From: Myxococcota bacterium
GTDB taxonomy: Bacteria > Myxococcota_A > UBA796 > CAJQPC01
DNA length: 64,000 nucleotides
Reading direction: 5' to 3'
NCBI GenBank assembly: GCA_036012755.1
Contig: DASCPX010000027.1
Location: 160,001 to 224,000 of the forward strand
Positions 20,599-29,794 of this stretch are shown piece after piece (the stretch's first letter is position 1; each line of letters starts with the position of its first letter). Both the position numbers and the translations under genes were made by a program. The notes beneath the pieces are model-generated. The model made no database searches, was not told the origin of the DNA, and saw only the letters and a program-made list of their open reading frames with translations.

Positions 20599-20803
20599 GG
20601 ACCCCTGCAGGTCCCCCTACGCGCCTTCGGCGCTTACCCCCCCGGCGACTCTCCGCCTCGCTGTCGCCTCGTTGCTCGGACCGGACCCCTGCAGGTCCCC
20701 CTACGCGCCTTCGGCGCTTACCCCCCCCGGCGACTCTCCGCCTCGCTGTCGACTCGTTGCTCGGACCGGACCCCTGCAGGTCCCCCTACGCGCCTTCGGC
20801 GCT
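20599..20803. repeat. REP/BIME-like palindromic tandem repeat, 2.4 units of 84-85 bp
   Basis: Identical 36-mer GGACCCCTGCAGGTCCCCCTACGCGCCTTCGGCGCT at 20599, 20683 and 20768 with near-identical linkers; between convergent genes. Confidence 0.9.
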
Positions 20804-20805
20804 CG

Positions 20806-21762
20806 TCAGGGGCGCTTCGGCAGCTCCTCGTAGCCCCGCGCTTCGAGCCAGCGCTCCGCCTCGAGGGCCGCCATGCAGCCGCTGCCGGCGGCGGTGATCG
20901 CCTGTCGGTAGACCGTGTCCTTGACGTCGCCAGCGGCGAAGACCCCTGGGATGTTCGTCCGGGCAGCGCCGGGCGCGGTGAGGAGGTAGCCGGCGGCGTC
21001 CGTGTCGAGCCAGTCGGCGAAGACCCTGGTGTTGGGTGTGTGGCCGACAGCGATGAAGAGCCCGTCGAGGTCGAAGTCGCGCTCGGTCTTGTCGACGTTG
21101 TCGACGAGGCGCACGCCAGTGACCTCGTCGTCACCGAGCACGTCGATGACCGAGGTGGTCCAGTGCACCGTGATGCGGTCGTTCTCGAAGACCCGCTCCT
21201 GCATGATCTTCGAGGCCCGCAACTCGTCGCGCCGCACGAAGAGGTGCACCTCGGCGAACTTCGTGAGGAAGCACGCCTCCTCCGCGGCCGAGTCTCCTCC
21301 GCCGACGACGCCGACGACCTTGTCCCGGTAGAAGAAGCCGTCACAGGTCGCGCAAGCGCTGACGCCGTAGCCCAACAAGCGCTTCTCGTTGGGCAGGCCG
21401 AGGTAGCGCGCGGTCGCCCCCGTCGCGATGATGAGGGTCCTGGCGAGACCCTCGTCGCCGTTGTCCAAGCGGTATTGGAAGGGCCAGGAGGCGAGATCCA
21501 CGTGTTCGACGGTCCAGGGCTTGTAGACGGTGCCGAAGCGCAGGCACTGCGCCTTCATGAGGTCCATGAGCTCGGGGCCCGTGATCCCCTCCGGGAACCC
21601 GGGGTAGTTGTCGACCTCTGTCGTGATGGTCAGCTGCCCACCGGGCTGCAGCCCCTCGAAGACGATCGGCTGGAGGCTGGCGCGCGAAGTGTAGAGAGCG
21701 GCGGTGTGGCCAGCGGGGCCAGAGCCGATGATGACGACGTCGTGGACCGAGGTATCGGACAA
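20806..21762 (-). CDS. trxB: Thioredoxin reductase
   Basis: IIGSGPAG, GGQLTITTEVDNYPG, CATCDG, GGGDSA, FAAGDV; TTG start with GGAG. Confidence 0.96.
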   Translation of the reverse strand: MSDTSVHDVVIIGSGPAGHTAALYTSRASLQPIVFEGLQPGGQLTITTEVDNYPGFPEGITGPELMDLMKAQCLRFGTVYKPWTVEHVDLASWPFQYRLDNGDEGLARTLIIATGATARYLGLPNEKRLLGYGVSACATCDGFFYRDKVVGVVGGGDSAAEEACFLTKFAEVHLFVRRDELRASKIMQERVFENDRITVHWTTSVIDVLGDDEVTGVRLVDNVDKTERDFDLDGLFIAVGHTPNTRVFADWLDTDAAGYLLTAPGAARTNIPGVFAAGDVKDTVYRQAITAAGSGCMAALEAERWLEARGYEELPKRP

Positions 21763-21773
21763 CGTGGAACTCC

Positions 21774-22802
21774 GTGAAAGGTGCAAGTGGCGTGACTAAC
21801 GTGGGAGAGCTCATCCAGCGCGAGGCCCGCGACCTGGGGCTGGGCCATGTCCGCTTCGCCCGCGTGGAAGGGCCGACACCTCGCATCGAGGCCTTCGAGG
21901 CCTTCCTGGACGAGGGTCGCCATGGAGTGATGCGCTACCTGGAGAGGGGTCGCAAGATCAGGGGAGACGTGAGCCTTCGCTTCCCCGGCGCCGCCACCGC
22001 GGTCGTCATTGGCCTCGCGCACCATCACGCCCGCCCGCCGGATCCCGGCGGACTCACGGGCATGGTGGCGCGCTACGCCTGGGGACGGGACTACCACAAC
22101 CTCTTCGGCAAGCGGCTGAGGCGGCTCCAGAAGCGCCTTCGCGCTGCAGGCATCGACAGCTGGGGTGGCGTCGACACCGCGCCGATCCTCGAACGTGCCT
22201 GGGCCGAAGCCAGCGGCCTCGGCTTCACCGGGAAGTCGTGCATCCAGATCCTCCCGGCGAGGACGACCTGGTTCTTCCTCGGCGTGCTCTTCGTAGGAGC
22301 GGACATCGACCCCGATCCGCCAGTGGAGCGGGATCACTGCGGCAGCTGCACGCGCTGCCTCGCCGCCTGCCCGGCCGGCGCCTTCGTCGGTCCCTACGAG
22401 CTCGACGCTCGCCGCTGCGTCGCCTACTGGACCATCGAGGCGCCCGGTGCGATTCCCGCTGCCCTGCGTCCCGCGCTTGGCCGCTGGGTCTTCGGCTGCG
22501 ACCTCTGCCAGGAGGTCTGCCCGCACAATGCCGCAGCGCCCGTGTGCCCCGAGGACGACCTCGCCCCACGCAACGCCTGGCTGGACCTCGTCTGGCTGCT
22601 CGACGCCGAGGACGACGTCCTCGATGCCCGTTTCACGGGAACACCCCTGCGCCGCCCCGGGATCGAGGGGCTGCGGCGGAACGCCTGCGTCGTGCTCGGG
22701 AACCTCGGAGACAGGGCGGCCATGCCCGTGCTCGAGCGTGCACTGAAGCGGGGCCCGCTCGTGGCGGAGCATGCCCGTTGGGCCCTGGAGAGGCTCGCAT
22801 GA
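21774..22802 (+). CDS. queG: Epoxyqueuosine reductase; start uncertain
   Basis: RYAWGRDYH, VDTAPILER, CGSCTRCLAACP, FGCDLCQEVCP. Confidence 0.93.
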   Translation: MKGASGVTNVGELIQREARDLGLGHVRFARVEGPTPRIEAFEAFLDEGRHGVMRYLERGRKIRGDVSLRFPGAATAVVIGLAHHHARPPDPGGLTGMVARYAWGRDYHNLFGKRLRRLQKRLRAAGIDSWGGVDTAPILERAWAEASGLGFTGKSCIQILPARTTWFFLGVLFVGADIDPDPPVERDHCGSCTRCLAACPAGAFVGPYELDARRCVAYWTIEAPGAIPAALRPALGRWVFGCDLCQEVCPHNAAAPVCPEDDLAPRNAWLDLVWLLDAEDDVLDARFTGTPLRRPGIEGLRRNACVVLGNLGDRAAMPVLERALKRGPLVAEHARWALERLA

Positions 22803-24520
22803 TCGAGGTCCAGCGCGAACACGGCGTCGAGACCCTCTCCTTCGAGGAGTTCGAGAGGCAGGTCCGACGTGGGGACATCCCATCCGAGACGCTCGTCCGG
22901 ATGGAGGTGCTCACCGGCAAGGACTTCAAGCCGGTCGGCGAGCTCGAGCTCTACCAGACACTGGCCGATCCAGAGGACCTCGCCTACGAGCGGCGGCTCC
23001 GCAACGACCCGCCCATCGTGACCGCCCTGTTGGTCGGCGTGCAACTGCGCATCTACCTCTGGAGCAAGGCGCCGGGAGCCGGCGACTGGCTCCTCGATCA
23101 CGCCACCAACTGGGCCCCGGCCGTGTTGGAGTCCGGCGAGGTCTACAGGCTCCTGTCATACGGCGGGCTCCACATGAGCCTCACGCACGCGGCCTTGAAC
23201 ATGCTGTTCCTCGCCTACGCCGGCTGGAACCTCGAGCGCGCCATGGGCCGCCGCAACCTCCTGACCGTGTTCTTCTTCTCGGTCTTCGTCGGCGGGCTGA
23301 TGTCCATGTTCTTGAGCCCGGGACGTCCTTCACTCGGGGCGAGCGGTGGCGACTTCGGGCTCATCGCTGCGGCCGTCGTCTTCGGCTGGAAGCACGAAGA
23401 CCGCCTCCCAGCCTCCGCCCGCAAGTACTTCGGTTGGGCCATCCTCCCCTACCTGGTGTACCCCCTGTGCCTGGGGCTCCTGTCGTCGACCGTCGACAAC
23501 TGGGGCCACCTGGGCGGACTGCTCGGTGGTGCCGCGACGGCGACCTGGCTGCAGCCTGAGGGCTTCAGCCGCTACGCCTCCGCCAACCGCATCGTGCGAC
23601 GGGTAGTGGTGCTGGTGAGCGCGCTGGTCCTGGCCGGGCTCTTCATCTGGGGACCGCGACTGGTCAAGCTCGAGCATCGGAGCGCGCCGAGCGGGCTGGC
23701 CCTGGGTGTTCCCCTCGGCTGGCACGAGGGCTGGGCCTTCACCGAGGATCGCGGGTGGACCTCGCCGACCGGGGCCACGACCCTGGTGGCGACGACCAAG
23801 ACCTACCGGCGTCCCCTCTCACCGGACGAGGCTGTCGAGGCCCTCGTCGAGCAGGTCGAGGCTGGGGGTGATGTGCAGCGTCACGACGTGCGCGCCTTGG
23901 AGGTCGACGGCTGGCCGGCCAGGGAGGTCGAGCTGGACTTCGATCTCGGCGGGGAGCCCCAGGTCATGCATGCCCTGGTCGTCGTGGAGGGCCCCACGGT
24001 GCATCGGGTCCACCTCCACGGCAGCCAGGAGCGGGCTCGCAGATCGAGGCAGCTCGCCGAGCACGTCTTCTCCCTGGTCGAGGTCCAGGACCCCCAGGTC
24101 CTCGTCGCGGCGCGCGAGAAGGCAGCGCGCAACCCGCGCTCGTGGAAGGCGAACCTCCAGGTCGCCAGACTGGAAGCGCTCTACGGCTACCCCGAGGCCT
24201 CGTGGGAGGCCTACCGGCGGGCCTATCGCGACGCCTCCGAGCGCAAGCCGGAGATCGCGGCGGGCATCCTCGATCTGTACGCCGACTACGGCGAGGGACC
24301 GGAGCCCGAGCGCATCGACCAGCTGATCGAAGCCCACTGGCGACATCCATCGGTCGCGGCCACGGGGGCTGACGCCCTCGATCGAATGGGGCGAGACGCC
24401 GATGCCATCGCGCTGTTGGACGAGGCATGGGTGGCGACCGGCGGAGACTTCGTGGTGCGGCGCGCGCGGGAGTCCCGCGGCCTGTCGTCGGATCCGCCCG
24501 GTCCTATTCCTGGTCCGTGA
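22799..24520 (+). CDS. Rhomboid intramembrane serine protease with extra N- and C-terminal domains
   Basis: ATGA overlap with queG; H..LNM, GASGG (Ser), NWGHLGG (His). Confidence 0.85.
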   Translation: MIEVQREHGVETLSFEEFERQVRRGDIPSETLVRMEVLTGKDFKPVGELELYQTLADPEDLAYERRLRNDPPIVTALLVGVQLRIYLWSKAPGAGDWLLDHATNWAPAVLESGEVYRLLSYGGLHMSLTHAALNMLFLAYAGWNLERAMGRRNLLTVFFFSVFVGGLMSMFLSPGRPSLGASGGDFGLIAAAVVFGWKHEDRLPASARKYFGWAILPYLVYPLCLGLLSSTVDNWGHLGGLLGGAATATWLQPEGFSRYASANRIVRRVVVLVSALVLAGLFIWGPRLVKLEHRSAPSGLALGVPLGWHEGWAFTEDRGWTSPTGATTLVATTKTYRRPLSPDEAVEALVEQVEAGGDVQRHDVRALEVDGWPAREVELDFDLGGEPQVMHALVVVEGPTVHRVHLHGSQERARRSRQLAEHVFSLVEVQDPQVLVAAREKAARNPRSWKANLQVARLEALYGYPEASWEAYRRAYRDASERKPEIAAGILDLYADYGEGPEPERIDQLIEAHWRHPSVAATGADALDRMGRDADAIALLDEAWVATGGDFVVRRARESRGLSSDPPGPIPGP

Positions 24521-25007
24521 CCAGGCGCCCGCTCAGCGTGCCGTCAACGGTCAGCACGCCAGAGTCCCCGGCGGAGGTCTGCCAGGTGTCGACGGCGCTG
24601 TAGATGCCGCTGAGCTCGTCGCCCTGCCAGATGATGTTCGCGTTCCAGGCGACATCATGGTCCGAGAACTGGGCCCCGGTGTCACCGAGCGTGGTGTTGT
24701 CGCTCGTCCAGTCCGTGCCGACCGTCTTGAGCGTGAAGGCGTTGCAGTTGTCGGAGTCCGGGACGTACTTCGCGGAGAACTCCTGCCCCTCGATCAGGAT
24801 GCGGAAGGTGGAGTTGGCTCCGACGTAGGTCAACTGCCACTCTCGCTCCCCGTTGTAGAAGGGCGCGTAGGTCGGCATCACGCTGTCTTCGGGGTTGTCG
24901 TGGTTGCTGACCGACGAGAACACCGAGTAGGTACCGGCGATCCGGGATGCATCGGTGCACTCGTTCGAGCAAGCCAGAAGGCCCAGGAGCACAGTCATCG
25001 CTCTCAC
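24504..25007 (-). CDS. Putative lipoprotein (start 25007 or 24998)
   Basis: (MRA)MTVLLGLLA-C; beta-rich mature region. Confidence 0.65.
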   Translation of the reverse strand: MRAMTVLLGLLACSNECTDASRIAGTYSVFSSVSNHDNPEDSVMPTYAPFYNGEREWQLTYVGANSTFRILIEGQEFSAKYVPDSDNCNAFTLKTVGTDWTSDNTTLGDTGAQFSDHDVAWNANIIWQGDELSGIYSAVDTWQTSAGDSGVLTVDGTLSGRLVTDQE

Positions 25008-25044
25008 CTCTCCGCCGCTTTATACTCCGCGGCGCGGAGAGACC

Positions 25045-25695
25045 ATGCAGAGCGCCATCGATTTGAGGACGTGGACATACATCGACATCCTCCAACCCCA
25101 GACAGCTGGGTTCGTAGCGACCATCTCTCGGGGCTACCTCCCGCTGGTCGGCCAGGCCTCGCTTTTCATCGAGGTCCAGCCCGGGATGGACGTGAACCGG
25201 GTGACGGACGCAGTCCTGAAGCGCACCAGCTGCACACCTGGAATGCAGGTCGTGGAGCGGCGCTACGGCGCGCTCGAGGTCCATCACTTCGACCAGGGCC
25301 AGGTCCGCGCGGCCGGTGATGCGATCACCGACGTGCTCGGCATCAAGGAGTCGGACCGGCTGAAGCCCCGCGTCGTCTCGGCCCAGACCATCACCGGGAT
25401 CGAGGGCTACCACTCGATGATCGTGAACCGCTTTCGGCACGGGAACTACATCCACGAGGGAGAGACCCTCTGGGTGCTCGAGACCCACCCGGCGGGCTAC
25501 GCGCTGCTCGCCGCGAACGAAGCCGAGAAGGCCGCCGACGTGGAGGTGCTCGAGTTCCTGAGCTTCGGCGCCTTTGGCCGCCTCTACCTGGGCGGGCTCG
25601 AAGAGGACATCAAGGAAGGGGCGAGAGCCGCGATCGCTGCGCTCGAGGCCATCGACGGCCGAGAGAACCCCGGCGCGCCAGCCACCTTCTACTGA
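25045..25695 (+). CDS. Bacterial microcompartment tandem-domain shell protein (BMC-T, CcmP/CsoS1D type)
   Basis: LRTWTYIDILQPQ, QVVERRYGALEVHHFDQGQV, ETHPAGYALLAANEAEKAA, GAFGRLYLGG; TATACT and GGAG upstream. Confidence 0.9.
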   Translation: MQSAIDLRTWTYIDILQPQTAGFVATISRGYLPLVGQASLFIEVQPGMDVNRVTDAVLKRTSCTPGMQVVERRYGALEVHHFDQGQVRAAGDAITDVLGIKESDRLKPRVVSAQTITGIEGYHSMIVNRFRHGNYIHEGETLWVLETHPAGYALLAANEAEKAADVEVLEFLSFGAFGRLYLGGLEEDIKEGARAAIAALEAIDGRENPGAPATFY

Positions 25696-25740
25696 GCGAC
25701 TGCAACTGCATGGGTCGCTCCATGCGGATAGAGCAACGGC

Positions 25741-26484
25741 ATGTACAACCTGCTCATCGCACTGGGCGTCGGCGTCTTGGCCTTCGGACTGGGGACCCTC
25801 GGCGGGAAGTGGCTCTATGGCTTCGCTCCGGCGATGCTGGTGGCGCCGGCTGTCTACTTCTTCCTCGCGCGCCGCAGCGGCAAGCAGCTCGAGGCCATCA
25901 TGGCGAAGGCGATGAACGAGCTGCAGGACGGGCGGGTGAAGGTGGCGAAGGAGACCATCGCCTCCGGCTACCCGCTGGGGAAGTGGCAGTTCCTCATCTC
26001 CAAGCAGATCCACGCCCAGCTCGGCGCGTTGGAGTACATCCAGAAGAACTACAAGCAGGCGCGACCGCTGTTGGAGAAGGCGTGGTCGCGCAACTGGCAG
26101 GCCCAGGGCATGCTCGCCGTCATAGACGCCCGCGACAAGAAGCACGACGAGGCCATCGCCCGCTTCGAGAAGGCCACCTTCCTCGGCAAGAAGGAGCCCG
26201 TGATGTGGGCCCTGTGGGTCTGGCTGCTCCTGGATGCAAAGCGCGTCGAGGCGGCCATGAAGAAGGCTGCGGAGGCGGTCGAGACCTGCGAGTCCAACAA
26301 GACCCTCAAGGAGCTCCAGGCTGCCATCGCCAACGACAAGATGAAGCGCTTCAAGTGGGGCAAGGTCTTCGGCCAGAGCTGGTACCAGTTCTTCCCTGAC
26401 CAGGTCCCGGTCCAACGCGGCGCGTCCCCTGCCAACCACCCGAACATGCGCGGGCGCAAGACCTACCCCCACCCGCGCAGGTAG
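25741..26484 (+). CDS. Membrane-anchored TPR-like protein
   Basis: Two N-terminal TM segments followed by helical repeats. Confidence 0.7.
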   Translation: MYNLLIALGVGVLAFGLGTLGGKWLYGFAPAMLVAPAVYFFLARRSGKQLEAIMAKAMNELQDGRVKVAKETIASGYPLGKWQFLISKQIHAQLGALEYIQKNYKQARPLLEKAWSRNWQAQGMLAVIDARDKKHDEAIARFEKATFLGKKEPVMWALWVWLLLDAKRVEAAMKKAAEAVETCESNKTLKELQAAIANDKMKRFKWGKVFGQSWYQFFPDQVPVQRGASPANHPNMRGRKTYPHPRR

Positions 26485-26488
26485 CCGC

Positions 26489-28171
26489 TCAGGGCGCTCG
26501 GGCCCCCGTCGCGCCGCCGATGCCCACAGCGTCCGGCCAGCCGCCCTTGCGTGGGTCGCTGGCGCCCTCGAGGCTGTGCTCCCGCCGCACGATGACCTGG
26601 ACGGAGCTGTAGAAGGCCCGCTCCGAGATCTCGTGGCCTCGCGCCTCCAGCATCAGGTGTGTGTCCTTCGGGATGCCCTCGTCGAGGAACAGGGTCTCTG
26701 GCACCCACTGGTGATGGACGCGGGGCGCGCCGACCGCGTCGGCGGCGTCCATGCCGAAGTCCAGCACGTTCGACAGCACCTGCATCGTGCTGCTGATGAT
26801 GAAGGGCCCGCCGCTGCCACCGACGGCCATCACCACCCGGCCCTCGGCGTCGAGGACCACCGTCGGAGTCATCGACGACAGGGGCTTCTTGCCGGGCGCC
26901 ACGGCGTTGGACTCCTTGCCGACGAGGCCGTAGGCGTTCGGCACCCCAGCCTTCGTGACGAAGTCGTCCATCTCGTTGTTGAACAGGATGCCGCTGCGTT
27001 CGTCCAAGACCTGCGACCCGAAGCTGGTGTTGATGGTGGTGGTCAGGGCGACCGCCGCTCCTCCGGCGTCCATGGTCGAGATGTGCTGCGTCCCGGCGTC
27101 ATCCGGGATGCCGGCGAGCGTGCCGTAGTGGTCGCGCCCGAAGGTCCTGGTGGGCCAGATCGAGGCCTGGATCTCGGCGATGCGGGCATCGTCCAGCATT
27201 CGATCGATGGGGACCTCGACGAAGGCCGGGTCGCCCATGAACTCCGCCCGGTCCGCGTAGGCGTGCTTCATCGCCTCCGCCAACAGGTGGATATGGGCTG
27301 AGGAGTTGTGTCCCAAGGCCTCGAGATCATGGGCTTCCAACACCGCCAGCATCTGGAGCAGGGCCGCGCCTCCAGAGGACGGTGGCGGCATCGTCACGAT
27401 CGTGTACCCGCGGTAGGTTCCGACGAGGGGCTCGCGCACGGTCGGCTGGTAGTCGGCGAGGTCGCTCTCGGTGAGGATGCCCCCGGCGGACTGCACCGCG
27501 CCCACCATGTTCCTGGCGACGGAGCCGGTGTGGAGGGCCTCGCCCTCGGTGCGCGCCCAGGCCTCCAGGGTGCGCCCCAGGTTCCTGCGCCGGAGGTGGA
27601 GGCCGACGTGCACGTCGGTGGGGCCTCCGTCGAACAACAGCGGCGCCATGTGTGCCTTGTCGTCCAGGGCGGCTACGAGATGGGCTCCGGCGGGGAAACC
27701 GCCCTTGGCGAGGGTGATCGCCGGCCGGGCGATGTCGGAGAGGGACAGCGACCCATGGTCCCGGGCGAGCTGCGCCAGCCCCCTCGCCTCTCCGGGGACG
27801 CCGACCGCGAGTCCGCCGACGCGCGAGGCCAGCGGCACCACCTCGCCGCTGTCGTCGAGGTACATGTCGGCGTAGGCCGCAGCCGGAGCGACCTCGCGAA
27901 AGTCCAGCACCGTGCGCTCTTTTCCGTCCACGATGACGGCGAAGCCGCCACCCCCGAGCCCCGAACCCGCTGGCTGGACCACCCCGGCCGCGAGCACGGC
28001 AGCGACAGCGGCGTCAGCGGCGTTTCCGCCACGCCGAAGGACCTCGGCCCCGGCCCAGGACGCCAGCTCGTGGTCGGAGGCGACCATCGCCTGGCCGGTC
28101 TTCGGGTAGGGCGCCGCGGCCAGCAGACCGAGCGCGACGGCGGCGAGGGCGGCAGACCGAGCGAGCTTCAT
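26489..28171 (-). CDS. ggt: Gamma-glutamyltransferase
   Basis: GGNAADAAVA, SGLGGGGF, DFREVAP, PPPSSGG, autocleavage GTQHIS, NNEMDDF, PLSSMTP. Confidence 0.95.
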   Translation of the reverse strand: MKLARSAALAAVALGLLAAAPYPKTGQAMVASDHELASWAGAEVLRRGGNAADAAVAAVLAAGVVQPAGSGLGGGGFAVIVDGKERTVLDFREVAPAAAYADMYLDDSGEVVPLASRVGGLAVGVPGEARGLAQLARDHGSLSLSDIARPAITLAKGGFPAGAHLVAALDDKAHMAPLLFDGGPTDVHVGLHLRRRNLGRTLEAWARTEGEALHTGSVARNMVGAVQSAGGILTESDLADYQPTVREPLVGTYRGYTIVTMPPPSSGGAALLQMLAVLEAHDLEALGHNSSAHIHLLAEAMKHAYADRAEFMGDPAFVEVPIDRMLDDARIAEIQASIWPTRTFGRDHYGTLAGIPDDAGTQHISTMDAGGAAVALTTTINTSFGSQVLDERSGILFNNEMDDFVTKAGVPNAYGLVGKESNAVAPGKKPLSSMTPTVVLDAEGRVVMAVGGSGGPFIISSTMQVLSNVLDFGMDAADAVGAPRVHHQWVPETLFLDEGIPKDTHLMLEARGHEISERAFYSSVQVIVRREHSLEGASDPRKGGWPDAVGIGGATGARAP

Positions 28172-28178
28172 CGAGGCA

Positions 28179-29183
28179 TCACACCACGAGCCAGGCCAGC
28201 GCGACGGCGACCTGGAGGGAGAGCGGGAGCAGCGCCTCGCGGAGCGGTCCGCGACACAGCAACAGCGGACCGAGGCCGCCGACGCCGAGGCCCACGGCCA
28301 GGGGCAAGGCGACGGGAGGTAGCGGATGGGCGGCCGTGTCGAGCATCGAGGCGACTACGAGCGCGCCGGCAGGCTCGCCGGCGACTGCGCCGAAGACGAA
28401 GGCCGCGCCGAACAGCAGCGGGTCCAGCCATGCCCGCTGCTCGACCATCTCGATGCCGACCAGCGCCTGCTCGAACAAACCCGAGTGGCGCACCGACCAG
28501 GCCACGAAGGTGATCGCACCGACCCAGGCGAGGGCCTCGAAGGGCAGCTTGCTCAGCCCCAGCGAGCGCCGCCCCATGAGCCCGAGGACCACCGAGCCGA
28601 CGACCAACACCAGCGGCGCGAGCTCAGGGCGCGCGGCCGCGAACAGGGCGATCGCCGCGAGCAGCGCGGAGGCAGGCGCGGAACCCTCGCCATCGATGCG
28701 GCGCCCCCCGGGCCAGGCGACCAGCGCCAGCAGCACAGCCAGCGGAGCCACCTCCGCGGAAGACACCAACAGCAGCGTGACCGGGGTCCCGATCGGAGAG
28801 AGCAGCCCACCCGCCGACGCCACCAGGGCGATTCGCACGGCCGTGCGGCCGTCCTGCGCTCGCGGCGCGAGGAGCGCGACGGCGGCCAGGTCTCCGAGCA
28901 GCGCGCCGGCCACGAGCGCCGCGAGCCCGGCGCTGCGGGGCAGCATCGGGCGAGCGGCCCGACCCGCGAAGCCGAGGAGCAACCAGGCCGAGAGCGTCCC
29001 CAGCTCCACCACGGGAGCCCCCGCCAGGCGCTCGACCGGCACCCAGTGAAAGGCGACCGCGCAGCCGGCGGCGCCGAGGACCGGGAGCACGGCGACCGCC
29101 GACCACCGCCGACCCAGGCCGAGCAACAGCGCGAGACCGAGCAGGACCCCGCCCGCCGTGGCGTTGCGGACGAGCAGGTCCAC
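28179..29183 (-). CDS. Polytopic membrane protein (ArsB/NhaD/SLC13-like, degenerate)
   Basis: Highly hydrophobic; ASAGGLLSPIGTPVTL resembles the ion-transporter-superfamily GxxxPIGxPxN motif. Confidence 0.55.
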   Translation of the reverse strand: MDLLVRNATAGGVLLGLALLLGLGRRWSAVAVLPVLGAAGCAVAFHWVPVERLAGAPVVELGTLSAWLLLGFAGRAARPMLPRSAGLAALVAGALLGDLAAVALLAPRAQDGRTAVRIALVASAGGLLSPIGTPVTLLLVSSAEVAPLAVLLALVAWPGGRRIDGEGSAPASALLAAIALFAAARPELAPLVLVVGSVVLGLMGRRSLGLSKLPFEALAWVGAITFVAWSVRHSGLFEQALVGIEMVEQRAWLDPLLFGAAFVFGAVAGEPAGALVVASMLDTAAHPLPPVALPLAVGLGVGGLGPLLLCRGPLREALLPLSLQVAVALAWLVV

Positions 29184-29794
29184 TAGCGCAGGCGGACAGG
29201 GTTCGAGAGCACGCCGATGCCCTCGACCTCGACCTCGACGACCTGCCCCGGCGACAAGGGTCCGACTCCGCTGGGGGTGCCGGTGCAGATGAGGTCGCCA
29301 GGAAAGAGCGTCATCACGTGCGAGATGAAGGACACGAGCGTCGGCACATCGAAGACCATGTCGCTCGTGCGTCCGTCCTGGCGCAGCTCACCGTCCACCC
29401 TGCAGGTGACGCGGAGATCGGCGGGATCGAGGTCCTCGACGATGCGCGGACCAGCTGGACAGAAGGTGTCGAAGCCCTTCGCTCTGCCGAAGACCTTGTC
29501 GGCGCGCTGGAGGTCCCTCGCCGTGACATCGTTGACGCAGGTGTAGCCGCGCACGTAGCCGAGCGCATCGCCGACGGAGACGCACTTCGCCCTCCGTCCG
29601 ATGACGACGCCGAGCTCCGCCTCGTGGTCGACGCGGTCGGTGCCGGGAGGGATCTCGATGGCATCCCCGGGACCGATCAGGGCGCTCGGAGCCACCAGGA
29701 AGATCTTCGGGACGGCTGGAATGGGCTTGTTCATCTCCTCGGCGTGCCGGCGGTAGTTGCTGCCGATCCCAATGATCTTGGAGGCTTTGATCAC
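29183..29794 (-). CDS. Fumarylacetoacetate hydrolase family protein
   Basis: IGIGSNYRRH, DHEAELGVVIG, NDVTARDLQ, KGFDTFCP, TGTPSGVG; GTGA overlap. Confidence 0.92.
   Translation of the reverse strand: MIKASKIIGIGSNYRRHAEEMNKPIPAVPKIFLVAPSALIGPGDAIEIPPGTDRVDHEAELGVVIGRRAKCVSVGDALGYVRGYTCVNDVTARDLQRADKVFGRAKGFDTFCPAGPRIVEDLDPADLRVTCRVDGELRQDGRTSDMVFDVPTLVSFISHVMTLFPGDLICTGTPSGVGPLSPGQVVEVEVEGIGVLSNPVRLR

Noticed and set aside
20599..20803. Three 36-bp repeats as a CRISPR array
   Set aside because: The two spacers are nearly identical to each other, and there are no cas genes or AT-rich leader
15595..25695. pduO, queG and BMC-T as a B12-dependent Pdu/Eut microcompartment locus
   Set aside because: Genes are dispersed among unrelated operons; no signature enzyme or other shell genes
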